From contig NW_021834219.1 of assembly GCF_006345805.1 (NCBI RefSeq), positions 36,310-100,309 of the forward strand: a stretch of 64,000 bases of DNA, in the 5' to 3' direction. The translations under genes and the position numbers were made by a program. Source of the DNA: Octopus sinensis (lineage: Eukaryota). This document shows, one piece after another, positions 1-12,934 of this stretch (position 1 is the stretch's first letter; every line of letters begins with the position of its first letter). Below the pieces are notes generated by a model that was not told where the DNA came from, did no database searches, and saw only the letters and a list, made by a program, of their open reading frames with translations.

Positions 1-99
1 AGCCCTGGGAACCGCAGTGGCAGGAAACACTACTCACTCAGTTTCTATAAAGAAAGCATATAATTTATAACTTGAACTGAGCACTTCTCTTTCATTTGT

Positions 100-345
100 T
101 CGATGCAAAGCAACATACTTATTTCAGCATATGGAACCATCAATCCCGACTCGTTTTTTCACTCTTCGTTTCCTCTCTCTGTCTATGTCTTTGTCTCTGT
201 CTGTCTGTCTGTCTCTATCTCTCCTCCTCTCTCTCCATTTTGTTTCATCTCATTTCTTTCTGCGGAAATCGTAGGCTCGAAACGTCAAAGACTTTTCCAT
301 TTTTCCCGAGCGCCAAACTAATATTCCTGCTTGTTGTTCCCTCTG
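100..345 (+). mobile_element. Penelope-like element 3' remnant with pseudo-LTR
   Basis: 255-345 matches the reverse complement of 2870-2964 and 20530-20611 (GTAGGCTCGAAACGT..AAAGAC..CGAGCG..ACTAATA). Upstream frame 'LISAYGTINPD' loosely resembles a PLE GIY-YIG C-terminus. Confidence 0.5.
255..291 (+). ncRNA. Degenerate minimal type I hammerhead-like motif (family A)
   Basis: TCTTT-CTGCGGA-aatcgtaggctc-GAAA-CG-TC-AAAGA: stem I intact, palindromic ACGT, GUC triplet; stem II damaged and core altered. Confidence 0.45.
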
Positions 346-379
346 ATTGTATCTTTTCTTTTCTCTACATTTAAACCAT

Positions 380-545
380 GTATATTAGCGACAGACGCAA
401 TATTGATAGCGCGATATAATATTTATCCCCACTTAAACGTGGATGCTTTATTAGAACAAACTATACAGCGAAGTTACCAAGAGAGAAACTCTCATATTGG
501 CTTATTTTTGGTACAAAATGCACTCGTCTGTATAGCTATCGAGGA
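380..545 (+). repeat. Dispersed repeat, unclassified (also 5180-5465 minus and 57095-57350 plus)
   Basis: Shared TATATTAGCGA(C/T)AGA..TATCCCCA..AA(C/A)GTGGA, ATATTGGCTT..TTGGT(A/G)CAAAAT and CACCAGATCA..TGATTTC blocks across three loci. Confidence 0.55.
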
Positions 546-660
546 TATATACATGTCTGTGTGTGTATATGTGTTTGTGGATGTATATGTGTGTGCGCGC
601 GCGCCTGTGTACACACATAAACACACATACACACACACATATACACTCACATTTGTTATG

Positions 661-850
661 TTAGATGATACAGGACAACAAAAACCAAAGCAGGAGGGGT
701 ATTTCAAAGCATTTAGAATAATTTAATTAGAGTAAGGTGAATTTCAATTTGAAGCCTTACAAATTTGAAGATTTCAAATTCACCTTAGCCTAATTAAACT
801 ATTCTTGAGATACTTGTCTTACCTTGATTTTGTTGTCCTGTATCCTCTAA
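661..850. mobile_element. Palindromic MITE-like element
   Basis: Imperfect inverted arms of ~85 bp: TTAGATGATACAGGACAACAAAA..TAAGGTGAATTT / AAATTCACCTTAG..TTTTGTTGTCCTGTATCCTCTAA. Confidence 0.7.
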
Positions 851-984
851 TATATACCTGCTAACTCGGAAGCCTAATACGGATCCCTAGCTCTAGCCTC
901 AGCTGTGAACTTAAAACCTGACAGATGACCAGTTATAACACTTACTCAGCGTACCTATTCGTTTAGACCACCAATACACACACA

Positions 985-1019
<35 letters not shown>

Positions 1020-1039
1020 AGAGAGAGAGTGAGAGAGAG

Positions 1040-1495
1040 AGAGTGGTTGTATACTGTCAATTTAACGTGACAGTAGGGGATTACACCACCGCTGCTCAGC
1101 CTTAGGAAGCATCGACGCTTCCTGTCGGCCTTGAACATATGTTTACGTTCCCATCATCAGTCTAGAGTATCAAATGCTTCCTAGGGCTAAAGTGGTGAGG
1201 TAATTCCCTTTACAGGACTGGCTGACGGTTAGTAAGGAGAGACACAATAAGAAAGAAGAAAACAAAGAGGACCACTGATGCAGTTACAGGAGTGTGACGA
1301 AAGAACTCTGGCCGAAATAAGATTAAGATTAACGTAAAAAATAAATAACACTGAAGCAAAATAACACACAGATATATAGTGCGTGTGTTTTTATTGGCTA
1401 AACCGGCAAAATGACAATTCCAAAATATAACAATATCTGTTTCAAACACACGACTTCACATAAAAAAATCTTGCACAACAAATATTATATATATA
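1040..1495 (+). mobile_element. Repeat family B (PLE pseudo-LTR-like), with inverted copies at 39170-39620
   Basis: High similarity to the reverse complement of 39170-39620; internal hairpin 1077-1208; carries a hammerhead-like motif. Confidence 0.65.
1270..1313 (+). ncRNA. Hammerhead-like motif, variant core CUGAUGC (family B)
   Basis: GACCA-CTGATGC-A-GTTAC-aggagt-GTGAC-GAAA-G-aa-C-TC-TGGCC; stems I and II pair. Confidence 0.55.
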
Positions 1496-1681
1496 TATAT
1501 CTATATATATTATATATATATACATATATATGTATATACATATATAAATATATGTCTACATACATACGTACATACATACATACACATATATACATATACA
1601 CACTGATATATAATTATCGGTGATACATATATGCGTATATATATATGCATACTTATTTGTATGTATATATATATATATGTA

Positions 1682-1724
<43 letters not shown>

Positions 1725-1824
1725 AATATATATTATTAGTATACATACACACGTGTATACATACATACATACGTACATTTATATACAGAGACACACACAC
1801 GCACACGTATATATATGTTGTGTT

Positions 1825-2130
1825 GTGACCCCCTTCGGTCATAAATGACCATGGGATTGCACCTATAAAGTTACCCTAGGCAAGGTTGTTTATGGAAGTC
1901 CATCAGTCGGCCATGCATACCACCGATGTTATCCAAGGGAAAGGCAAAGGCCGATACAGCTTGGCATCTGTGACCTCGCAGCTCATTTATTAACGTGCAA
2001 GTGGCCGAGCAATTCTCAGAGACGGGTACCCTTAACGTAGTTCTCGGGGAGATTCTGCGTGACACAGTGTGTGACAATGCTGGCCCTTTGAACAACAATC
2101 CTATACATTCAGGCCATACAAATGTGATAA
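1825..2130 (-). mobile_element. Composite SINE fragments
   Basis: 1990-2075 is the reverse complement of the body of the SINE at 7271-7575; the left part matches a SINE tail I recall from octopus. Confidence 0.55.
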
Positions 2131-2173
2131 CTGGACATATCGTCTTCATTTCAGTGTTCAACACTAAATTCAG

Positions 2174-2210
<37 letters not shown>

Positions 2211-2582
2211 AAATATGGAGGTGGAAACAGAAGAAAAGTAGATGGAAGACTTTTAAATTTAGAAAGAATTTAATAAAATCATTTAAAAATTATAAAGAGA
2301 CAATATAATATATTAACGGTTTCGATGATGAATCAAATATTAAAAAAATTTAATTTATAAACATTTGATGTAAAAACAGTTTAGCTTCTGTTTGGTGGTT
2401 AAATCATCTCTGGAGTTTTTTCATTGAAGTCTTATGCAAATATGGTTTGTTATAGTGTTCAAGGTGTTAGAGAGAAAGAGATAGTGTGTAATTGTCTATT
2501 GTCTTAAAAATCTCTGTGGGTTCGTGCCGAAGGAGTGGTTTACAAGCATTTATTGAATTGTTTTATGCCCATCTGTTTGTGT

Positions 2583-2640
<58 letters not shown>

Positions 2641-2926
2641 ACCGTAAAAGTTCATACATACGTCTATATACGCACAAGCACAAGAAAAACCATGGTTAAA
2701 GGTAACATAAAAAAACATAAGGAAGTACACAAATCATAAAAACCACGTTCATATACGGACATGCCCTTATGCACTCATACACACACACGTCCATATATGT
2801 ACATACCCGCACATGTTTATATACGCATACACACACATGCAAATATATATAAACAAAAGACGAAGGCAGGTGTAGTACAAACAAACAATGTATTAGTGTG
2901 GCGCTCAGGAATAGAAATAAAACAAG

Positions 2927-2964
2927 TCTTTTACATTTCGAGCCTACGCTCTTCGACAGAAAGA
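2927..2964 (-). ncRNA. Minimal type I hammerhead-like motif, core CUGUCGA (family A)
   Basis: Minus strand: TCTTT-CTGTCGA-A-GAGC-gtag-GCTC-GAAA-TG-TA-AAAGA; located in the PLE pseudo-LTR. Confidence 0.65.
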
Positions 2965-3646
2965 TACACAGAAAAGAAACAAGGAGAGAAACAAGGAGAG
3001 AAAAAAATGCGTGTAGAGGCTAACGATCCAACATGGCGTTCTGATTTCAGGCAGAAGTCAGAGATGAGAGGTCAGACGTTAGACGCTAGAGGGATAGTAA
3101 GGGAGATAACAGGGTCAAGTGACCTCACTTCAACATGAATGTGCGTGTGTGTATAAGAGAGTATGTATGTGCGTGTGAAAGAGGGCTGGTGGTCTGGACG
3201 TGTGTATGTATGTATGTATGTATGATGATGTATGTATGATGTGATGTATGGTGTAGTGTAGTGTGGTGTGATGTTGTGGGGAGGTGGGGGTAGGCGAGAG
3301 TGGGGAAAGCCCATGTGGGGGTGTGGGTTTGGCTGGGGTTGGGGTAGAGTGAGAGGGGGAGAGAAGAGAGAGGAGGGGAGGAGAGAAGAGAGAGGGGAGG
3401 AGGAGGGAAGAGAGATAGAGGAGATGAGGTGGAGAGGGGAGGAGAAGGAAGGAGAGGAGGATGGGGATGGGAAAGGAGGGGAGAGGGAGGGAATGAGAAG
3501 GGGAGTGAGGGAGCAGAGAGAAAGAGAGAAAGGGAAGAGGGAAGAAGAAAGAAGAAGAGGGAAGAAGGGAAAGAAGGGAAGGGAGGGAAAGAGAGTAGGG
3601 GTGAAAGGATGAAGGACTGAAGAGAAGTAGGAGTCGGGGGGGGGGG

Positions 3647-4102
3647 TTAGATGAAAAGGGGGGGAGAGTTGAGACCAAATGGCGTAAAAGAGCGAAGAGA
3701 GAAGATTAATCCCAGTTCACGGCGCAAGCGGGAATCCGGATGGCCTCTGTGCAACGACAATCCGAACACAGACAGGTGTTGCAAGGAGTGACCGATGGAG
3801 CGGAAATGGCGTGAGACTGGTGTGTCATTAGCATGGCGGAGGTCTTGGAGGTGTTCCGCGAACCGGTCAGCCAAGCGGCGTCCCGTTTGTCCGATATACA
3901 GAGAATGGCAGAGAGAGCAGGAGATGCAAAAGATGATATTGCTGGAGGTGCAGGTAAAGGAGTCGATGATGCGATAGGGCCGATGATGGGTGCCAGTGAG
4001 GAGGGTGGTGTTGGAGAGGTAAGGGCAAGTGCGGCAGCGTGGGCGGGAGCAGGGGAACGAGCCAGGTTGGGAGGTAGGGTCAGGGAAGAAGCTGTGGACC
4101 AA
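3647..4102 (-). pseudogene. GIY-YIG endonuclease domain of the PLE (frameshifted from the RT thumb)
   Basis: ORF-track 151-aa peptide with a YIG motif, the R..EH motif and a conserved E in 'RRELGLIFSL'. Confidence 0.88.
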
Positions 4103-4461
4103 AAGGTCTCGTAGGTTATGGGCTCGTTTGAAGGATGGGAGGCGTCGGTTAGGGTCGGTGTGAAGTGGACGGGTTTGACTGGAGATGCCGGAAAGCTCGA
4201 AGAATGGTGCGAGGGAGAGGTAGGGTGGTGGGGTGGTAAGTGAGGGGAAAAGGGAGGCGAGAGTCTGCAGGCGGGTTCGGGGAGAGCAGATGCACGGTCT
4301 ACGGAACGTGCTCTGGCAAGGGCGGTGTGGATAGTGGTGAGAGGGTATCCACGTAGGATGAAGTGGCGAGCCATGAGTTGAGACTGAGTCTCAAAGTCAT
4401 GGTCGTCACTATATATATTATATATATATATATATATATAAATGTATATACATATATATAA

Positions 4462-4505
<44 letters not shown>

Positions 4506-4557
4506 ATAAATACATATATATACATATATATATTTTTAATACAACCAAAGTACCTAG

Positions 4558-4772
4558 AGATGAAAGTAGTAAGTATAATGAGAAGTAATGTTATCGCCAA
4601 TTCAATATAGATGGTCTGTAAGAAAAGTTTTTAACCTCTGGAGGAGCCTCTTCCGGCTGGTTATCGATGCAATATAACAACACATGTATATTGCAAGCAG
4701 GGGAGCGAACCCCTAACATCTAGCAGAGTTGGCGATGGACATTACTTCTCGGTATAGTTACTACTTTCATCT
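4558..4772. mobile_element. MITE-like inverted repeat element
   Basis: ~45-bp arms AGATGAAAGTAGTAA.TATA..GAGAAGTAATGT..ATCGCCAA / TTGGCGAT..ACATTACTTCTC..TATA.TTACTACTTTCATCT. Confidence 0.65.
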
Positions 4773-6484
4773 GTTACCGAAATTTTCTAACTAGCTACTT
4801 TGCTCGTTGCAAGATCAGTGACTGATTGTCACTTATTTTTGTATATATTGCGAGTTGGAACACATAGCCGTTACCTCTAGTAGGCGGTTGTCCACCGCTG
4901 ACAATGTGCACAAATAGCTCGAAACTGTTCTGTCTGATGGTCCCGTCGTCTGTTAGAAGATGTTAGGGATGTGCTCCCCTCTTTCTAATATATATCGGGT
5001 GCAGATTGCATCGATGACCAAGTGGAAGAGGCTTCTTCTAAGTTTAAAAGCGGTAGTAACATCGGTGCATAGGAAATAGCTATATTGAGGTAGCGACGAA
5101 GATTTTTTTAAAAACCTATCTGGCTAAATCGCGACAGCAACTCCTGTTCTGGCACTCTCAAACTATTTATCGTTGACGATGAAATGAATTGCTGCTCCCT
5201 CAAGCGGTCGAGTGTACATCATTGACAAGATTAAATAAGGTCGAAATCATGTGATCTGGTGATTTAAGCGCTGGATGTAGCGGCGATTTATCTCCTCGCT
5301 AGTAATATAAACAAAAGCGTATTTTGCACCAAAAGCCAATATTAGAGTTTCCTTCCTGATAACTACTGCAGCATCGTTTGTTCTTGCAGAACGTCCACTT
5401 TTCGGTGGGGATAAATATTACCTTTCTGTACTAATACTGCTTCTGTCGCTAATATATATTTTTAAACATACTGTATGTTTACTAGCTCCCTTTTTATATT
5501 TCGCGGTGATTATTTTCGGAAGAAACTTTCCTGGTGGTTATTTTACATCGTAGTTACAAATTAGTTAATGTTAGTTATACTCGTTAACTAGATTATTCTG
5601 TAAAAATTATCGCCGTCGTTAATATATTAAATTTATCCTCCAATAACAAACTAGTACAGGTGTCTTAAGTTTCTTTAGGAATGTCGATATATGGTGATTA
5701 AGGTCAGTTTATTAATGATCTCAGTGATTTATATACTGCATAATCTCGCTAAGTAATTGTGAAATTAATTGAAACCTAAAACTGAAATATATGCAACATG
5801 CGATCATCTATTTTTTAGTATTATTATTATTACCAAATGAATGCGTAATACACATGCGGTTCAATACCAGCACCTGGTCTTTGAATGTCTAATATAATTC
5901 AGTCAATTGTGTATATTCAAGGCACACTTCACCGTTCCCCCCCACACACACACACACGCACAGACGCAGACACACACACATATGCACACATACGCACACA
6001 CAAGCATACACACTCACACACATTCATCTCTGGTTCGTCCTTCATATGTTAACATCCAAATATTTTAAGTTGAGCGTCGATGGCATTTTATATACTTGCG
6101 GCATCCAGAGAAAGCTATAACCATTGCTCCCCTTTCAAAGATTATTTTTAAAATGTACATTCACACATGCACAAATCCATAAACTAATGATTCCCACCGG
6201 TGGAGCATACGACCTGGGAAAATTATGGTGGGGCGTTGGATCCAAGAATTTTTCTTCAGTGGGACATGGAATTCTGAATATCATTTTTCACGGACTTTTG
6301 GTTAACTCAACTAATGCTAGTAGAAGTTTCAATGCAGTTTCAAGAAGAATTATCAGAATTGTAACGTGATGAATCAGTGATTACTTTGTTCACCAAGATG
6401 TAGCCTATACAACTATATTTTGTACAAGTTTACAGCAATAGTGTCATCGAAACCTAAATCTTCCTTTTTTTTCCTGTTTTACCC

Positions 6485-6940
6485 ACCTGTCTCAGTCATT
6501 AAATCGCGGCCATGTTAGGCCATTCTACCTTTAAGAATTTTTAGTTGAATGTTCAAAATGAAAGGTACCAAGATATACATATGTCATGAAGAAATTTTAA
6601 TTGAATCGACCCCAATACTTACATTTTTTAAAGCCTGGCACTTATTCTATCCGTCTTTTTTGCCAAACTACTAAGTTACTAGGACATAAACACACTGATA
6701 CCGGTTTTCGAGCATTGGTGGGGAACAAACATAGACACAGAGGAACACGCATAGTTACATACATATATACACGACGGGTTTCTTTTAGTTTCCGTCCACA
6801 AAATCCATTCACAAGGTTTTGGTCAACCGAAGACTATATTAGAAGGTACTCCCTCAAGGTGACACCTAATGGGACTGAACTCAGAACCATGTGGTTAGGA
6901 AGTAAGCTTCTGACCGCAGAGCCACGCTTGCGCCTATACG
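6485..6940 (-). mobile_element. tRNA-derived SINE (family C), near full length
   Basis: Minus-strand head GTGGCTCTGCGGTCAGAAGCTT..CCACATGGTTCTGAGTTCAGTCCCA with A/B-box-like motifs; same family as 8795, 10445, 13555, 28385 and 36158. Confidence 0.8.
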
Positions 6941-7270
6941 AAAATAATTTCTAAATATTATATCGGGAATAAAGACATTTTTCAGAATTCAGACGCCAAA
7001 AGAAAATATCGATTGAAAGAAATAAAACACGAAAGATTACAAACACACACACACTGGTGATACAGAATAGCAATGGAGTTTTGTTAAAACAATTTCAAAG
7101 CTGTCTTCGTTGTTATATCATTTGATATATGTCTTTCCATGCCAAATTTGAAAGCGGGGGGAGGGCTCATTACCGATATGTGTGTGGAGTGCGTGTGGGT
7201 GTGTGTGTGTGTGTGTGTGTGTGTTGTATATGTGTGAGGTGTGTGCGTGTATGTGTGTGTGTGTGGATGT

Positions 7271-7575
7271 GAAAGCATGTTGCTCAGTGGTTAGGGTATT
7301 CAGCTCGCAATCATTAAGGTCGTGAGTTCGACTCCCGGCGAAGTGTTGTATTCTTGAGGAAGACACTTTATTTTACGTTGCTCTGCTCAGCTGGCAAAAT
7401 GAGTTGTACCTGTACTCCGGGCAGCTTTGTAACATTCTGTGACGATGAACTTCCCTGAGAACTGCATTAAAGGTATGCGTGTCTGTAGATTGCTCAGCCA
7501 CTTGTATGCTAATTTCAGATGCAGGCTGTTCCATTGATCAGATCAACTGGAACCCTCGTCACCATGACCGACAGA
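7271..7575 (+). mobile_element. tRNA-derived SINE (family D)
   Basis: A box-like TGCTCAGTGGTTAG and B box GTTCGACTCC with tRNA-like spacing. Confidence 0.8.
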
Positions 7576-7804
7576 ATGTCAATGGGAGATACAAAATGAC
7601 TAGAGTTAAGACATTTTGTATCTCCCAGGCTCCACTTATGACGTACAAATCAATTCACTTCTATCGAGGACAATACTTTTTTTTAAATATCGCAGCCTGG
7701 AATCGAAATCGCAACTACATCATTTCAAAGTTGAATTTATAACCAGACAATTCAGTGACAGTGCCCATTTTTTAAAATACTATCCTTATCTCTCATTTCC
7801 TCCT

Positions 7805-7861
<57 letters not shown>

Positions 7862-8338
7862 CCTCTCTTTCCCTTTTAGAGAGAAATCAATAAAGCCATA
7901 ACTTGTTGTAATGACGGAACTAAATCTCCGAGCTGTCGACATGTCACGTGTTCTCAGCTGGACCGTCTGCTGCCGTATGTCACGTCAGCTATTGTATATT
8001 TAACGGACTTTTCAGCAGATTTCTGTGGCGACAGGTTGCTTGTCTTCTTGCCACTAACACACTGTTATCGGCAGGCTAACAATATCGCAGTTCTTTATTA
8101 CCACATCGTTCTTTATTTTATTCTTTCTTCCCTATTTCGTTTCGGGATTGTATTTATTTTCTTCTTTTTTTTTTTCTTTTGGCTCTGCTTTGTGTCTTTC
8201 GACTCTATTGAAAAAAACTTCTTAGATTTCAGCTATACTTGTGCGAGCACGCACACACACAGACGCACACATACATAGAATATACACATAATCACTTTTA
8301 TGTCGTTTCTGCACGTTATATATATATATATAATATAT

Positions 8339-8420
<82 letters not shown>

Positions 8421-8421
8421 A

Positions 8422-8455
<34 letters not shown>

Positions 8456-8469
8456 ATATATATATATAT

Positions 8470-8500
<31 letters not shown>

Positions 8501-8613
8501 CACATATATATATATATATATGTGTGTCTGTGTGTATATATATGCATATTATATATATAGAGAGAGAGGACATTGATAGATAGATAGATATACATAATTA
8601 CATACATATATAT

Positions 8614-8646
<33 letters not shown>

Positions 8647-8794
8647 ATGTGTGTACATATATATATATATATTATATATATATACATATATACATATATA
8701 AAACACACACAGACGCACACGGTATATGCATAAATCTTTGTACCACACACACAAGCACACGCGCGTGCGCACATATATATCTTTATATATTTAT

Positions 8795-8925
8795 GATTTG
8801 TTTCCCAACCACATGGTTCTGGTTTCAGCCCCATTGCGTGGCACCTTAGGCAAGTATCTACTTGCCTCAGGCCAACCAAATCCTTGTGAGGGATTGCTAG
8901 ACGGAAACTGAAAGAAGCCCATTGT
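8795..8925 (+). mobile_element. SINE family C 5' part
   Basis: CCCAACCACATGGTTC..GCGTGGCACCTTAGGCAAG..AGACGGAAACTGAAAGAAGCCC. Confidence 0.7.
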
Positions 8926-8930
8926 ATATA

Positions 8931-9010
<80 letters not shown>

Positions 9011-9052
9011 TATAGATATATATAAATATATAATACATTATATACATATATG

Positions 9053-9850
9053 TACGAGTCTGATCAATAAGTATTCGGACTGTTGCTATAGTAACGAATC
9101 TAAAACACGTAGAGTAAAACCGCTTGACATAAATTGATCTCAAACTCTGTTGTGCATGTGCACTAAGTTTTAACGTTTTACCTCACTTATTCTATTTACA
9201 GCATTGTTTGGAATGAAGGTGTATAGCGTGCGATCGTCGCATTGAACATGACAAAGTTGAGCAGAGAATCTGCAGCAAATTTTGCCCAAAGCTTGGTGAT
9301 GCCTACTCAGAGATCTACGCCAAGTTTTCAAAAATGCTTTCATCCTTCTCGACACAATCAAGGAGATCTTGTGCAACAGAAACTCGAGTGCCTCTTTTGG
9401 TCAGCTGAAAGCAATTTTGGCACAAACTCGGCAGACACGCGTCTCATCACCAAATCTCCAGTGATAATGGACTGAACTGAACCGTAGCTAATCCACATAT
9501 TCTTTGATAACTCAAGGATGGTGATTCGATGATTTTTCCCTCTCAACTGCACGAACATCAGCAATGTTTTTCTCAGTTATGCTGGTTGCAGGTCTCCCAG
9601 AACGTTCGTCATTATCGACATTTTTTCGGCCGTCTTGGAAACGTCTGAATCACTCGTACACTTTGGTGCGGCTCATAGACTCCTCCCCGTACATTTTCTA
9701 TACCTTTGCGTAGATCTCTGAGCAGTTATCGCCATGACAACTTTCTCTGTCATGGTCAATGTGACGATCACACGCTACACACCTTCCTTCCAAGCACAGC
9801 TGTAAATAGCAGACGTGAGCTAGAACTTAGTGCGCATGCGCAACAATCAG
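9053..9850. mobile_element. Mariner remnant: two 5' halves joined in inverted orientation
   Basis: TIR-like TACGAGTCTGATCAATAAGTATTCGGACT at 9053. Plus frame 'KVEQRICSKFCPKLGDAYSEIYAK'; minus frame 'HRITILELSKNMWISYGSVQSIITGDLVMRRVSAEFVPKLLSADQK'. 9725-9848 is the reverse complement of ~9145-9265. Confidence 0.85.
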
Positions 9851-10444
9851 TGTGGGAAACAAAAGATAGAATCAGCCCACCGTTGGACTGATTACGCTAA
9901 CAAAACTTTGTTTTTGGTCAATAAGTGATATCTCCTATTTGCTTCTATCTAGAAATCAAAGAAAATGTCTACTATTCCCTTCAAAGTTTGATTTGTCACC
10001 TGGATACCAATGTTTAAAATTGACAGTTAGATTTCAGACAGATTCAGCGCTGAATTGTTGAAGCAAAGATATTGTTATAAATATTCTGCTCAACACTACA
10101 AATTTGCTTGTCAGTTGCTTGACCATAACAACTTGAGCATGTCCCTTAGTGGCTGACAATATGTCCATCACTGACGATGAGCAGGAGTAGTGGGTGAGCA
10201 TCATAGCCATGTGATGAGAGAGATTTGGTGAGTTTGAATAAATGTAACAAAAACAAATTTGGAGGAAATATTAGCCATTTATCATACTTTCTAGAGGCAA
10301 GCAAGTTGGAAATAGCAATTGCTACCCAAGGACAAAAACCGTGTTATACAACAGAATTGACTCTAAGTGTAGGATTTTAAAATATATTTAAGTTGTTCTC
10401 AATCGGGATCTATATTACATTTTGTTATTAAAGCTTATGTTCAT

Positions 10445-10571
10445 TTGGCTGTGTGGTACGAAGTTTATTTCCCAACCATATGATACCGGGTTCAGTTCCA
10501 CTGTGATTGGATTTGGTAGACTTGTAAGTGGATTTGATAGACGGAAACTGAAAATAACCCGTCGATAGAAG

Positions 10572-10634
<63 letters not shown>

Positions 10635-10760
10635 TTGTTGTGTGTGTGCTATGTGTGTCTAAGCTTAAAAAGCTAAGTCCTGGAATCAATTCTTCGACTA
10701 CAACTCTTCAAGACGGTGCTCTAGCACAGCTGCAGTCAAATGACTGAAACAAGTATGAAT
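10445..10760 (+). mobile_element. SINE family C with internal (TA)n expansion
   Basis: Head GGCTGTGTGGTA..GGGTTCAGTTCCA, GACGGAAACTGAAA, tail CAGTCAAATGACTGAAACAAG. Confidence 0.65.
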
Positions 10761-10814
10761 TAAATTACTTATACTTCAACAATAGACAAATATTAAAATA
10801 CTTTTTTATATATA

Positions 10815-11208
10815 ACTAGCATATCGCCCGGCGTTGCTCGGTTTGTAAGGGAAATAACTATATAAACATTTTTAGAGAGTTATAGCCAAAAAATTGAAAA
10901 AAATGCATTAAAAATGGAAAAAAAATGATGGTAATTTTTTTTTAATCGTTGACTCATCGTAGACATTTTTAGAGAGTTACTTCCCTTATATAATAGCGAA
11001 AAAATGCATTAAAATGGAAAAAAATGATGGTAAATTTTTTTTAAATCGTAGACTCATCGTAGACGCGCGCTAATACCCAGAAGGGCTCGATATGAATCAC
11101 GACTATAAGATACCCGGTTTTGGTTAAACTGCACCGCAAAATGTGGGAGTAGTTAGGAATCTAAATCGTAGGAGACAGACACACAACTTCATTTTTATAT
11201 ATAAAGAT
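10815..11208 (+). mobile_element. Non-autonomous Helitron-like element (2 internal ~100-bp units)
   Basis: 5' ACTAGC..CGCCCGGCGTTGCTCGG with short subterminal hairpin and 3' TTTTATATATAAAGAT, as in Lep1/HINE-type elements; near-identical inverted copy at 17670-18168. Confidence 0.7.
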
Positions 11209-11279
11209 TACTAATAATATTGAAGTACAAAAATATAAACATGGAATAGCTATGGGATGTGTGTGTGTGTGGGAGGTTA

Positions 11280-11455
11280 ATCATCATCATCATCATCATC
11301 TAAATCCGGTTTTCCAAGCTGACATGGGTTGGACAGTTTGATTGGAACTGGTAACACCAGGGGCCGCTAAATCTCCATTCTCTATTTTCGCAGGGTTTCT
11401 ACGACTGGATGATCTTCCTAATGCCAACTACTCGCCAGATTGTATAGGATGATTT
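11280..11455 (-). mobile_element. RTE-type 3' tail fragment ending in (GAT)n
   Basis: Reverse complement of the family at 15852-16163 (GGC.TTAGGAAG.TCATCCA..GTAGAAAC; (GAT)n tail). Confidence 0.55.
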
Positions 11456-11700
11456 TTCTATGATACCCTCAACTTCCTTTAACTTTTGTTTTCCGTACAT
11501 TTGAGCCATGTATAGTACACTCTCAGTTGGTCTCTCCAGTTTGATCTTGCCTGACTGAACTCCCTCCTCTCTTGAACTTTCTTCTCTCCTACCTTCTCAG
11601 ACATTCAGTACCTCTCCTTATCCACCTTAACATCACACCATACGGATTATCATTGGAACTTTACACTTTTCGGACTCTGCCATTATGGATTTTATTGTTG

Positions 11701-11772
<72 letters not shown>

Positions 11773-11781
11773 TATATATAT

Positions 11782-12887
11782 TGTTCGTGTTCGTACTCAT
11801 TTTGCCCCGCTGCTTGGAATTTTGTTGTAATTCTCTCGCAGGAAGGCCTAGTGGATTAGTGTTCTGTCTTTGCCTTCGAAACATGCTTCAGTCTACTAGC
11901 GACAGCTGATGACGGGGTTTTTTCCTTGTGTAGCACGTCCTGTAACTGTTTTTTTTCGTTTTCTTGTTTTTTGTTTTTTTTTGTTTTTTCCGTCTTTCTA
12001 CGTCTTATTGTGGTGTCCTGTACTCACGTATAATTATTTATATATGCATGTATATATACATGTAGATGTAGGTACGTACATATATGTTGTATGTATGCAT
12101 ATTTTTTATTTATATCACATTATTGTCTGACAGCGCCCCGCGTCAGGTTCGTTCCGATTCGTCGTTTCGTTCCACCTCTTGGTTACTGTTTTTTTATATT
12201 ATTATATATTTAAGACGCGGAATTCTCTCCTTTGCTTTACCCTCTCCACCCTCTCATCCTCCCTCCCTCCCACTCTCTCTCTCAGCCGCGTGTCCCCCTC
12301 CTCCTTCCTTCTTCCTTACTGCCAGCCTATAAAAATTTCTTTTACACGTTGCTCCTACTACTGAAAAGACTGCCTTCCACGCGCTGCTACAGTATCCTTC
12401 GTCTATGCCAGAAAAAAAGGCTTTTTCGTTCGTCCTCTCTTGGTGTTTTGATTCCTGTATCGTATTCTCTTTTTATTTTCTCGTTTTGTATTTATTTGTA
12501 TTTATTGTACATGTACTTTTATTTTTGCAGTTTTATTATTACGTCCTGTTCGTGTTCGTACTCATTTTGCCCTGCTGCTTGGAATTTTATTTTAATTCTC
12601 TCGCAGGAAGATCTAGTGGATTAGTGTTCTGTCTTTGCCTTCGAAACATGCTTCAGTCTACTAGCGACAGCTGACGACGGGGGTTTTTTCCTTGTGTAGC
12701 ACGTCCTGTAACTGTTTTTTTTTTTTTTCGTTTTCTTGTTTTTTGTTTTTTGTTTTTTTTTCCCTTTCTACTTCTTATTGTGGTGTCCTGTACTCACGTA
12801 TACTTATTTATATATGCATGTATATATACATGTAGATGTAGGTACGTACATATATGTTGTATGTATGCATATATTTTATTTATCACA
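11782..12887. repeat. Two ~340-bp direct repeats (11782-12119, 12547-12887) around a ~430-bp spacer, embedded in (TA)n
   Basis: Near-identical copies, TG..CA ends; no PBS or PPT seen. Confidence 0.85.

Positions 12888-12930
<43 letters not shown>

Positions 12931-12934
<4 letters not shown>

Larger units (their letters stand above)
2843..4411 (-). mobile_element. 5'-truncated Penelope-like retroelement (Neptune-like)
   Basis: RT thumb 'SDDHDFETQSQLMARHFILRGYP', Cys linker 'CSRPRCRTC', GIY-YIG 'IFCISCSLCHSLYIGQTGRRLADRFAEH', CT-rich 3' region and pseudo-LTR 2843-3130; 5' end joins (TA)n at ~4411. Confidence 0.9.

Noticed and set aside
3268-3620. G/E/R-rich ORFs
   Set aside because: This is the purine-rich low-complexity strand of the PLE 3' region.
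7271-7345. tRNA gene
   Set aside because: A and B boxes are present, but no full cloverleaf forms and the sequence continues into a SINE body shared with 1990-2075.
11860-11925. Type II hammerhead from TTCGAAACATG..CTGATGACGGGG
   Set aside because: No NUH triplet pairs with A15.1 and stem I is weak; not called as a ribozyme.
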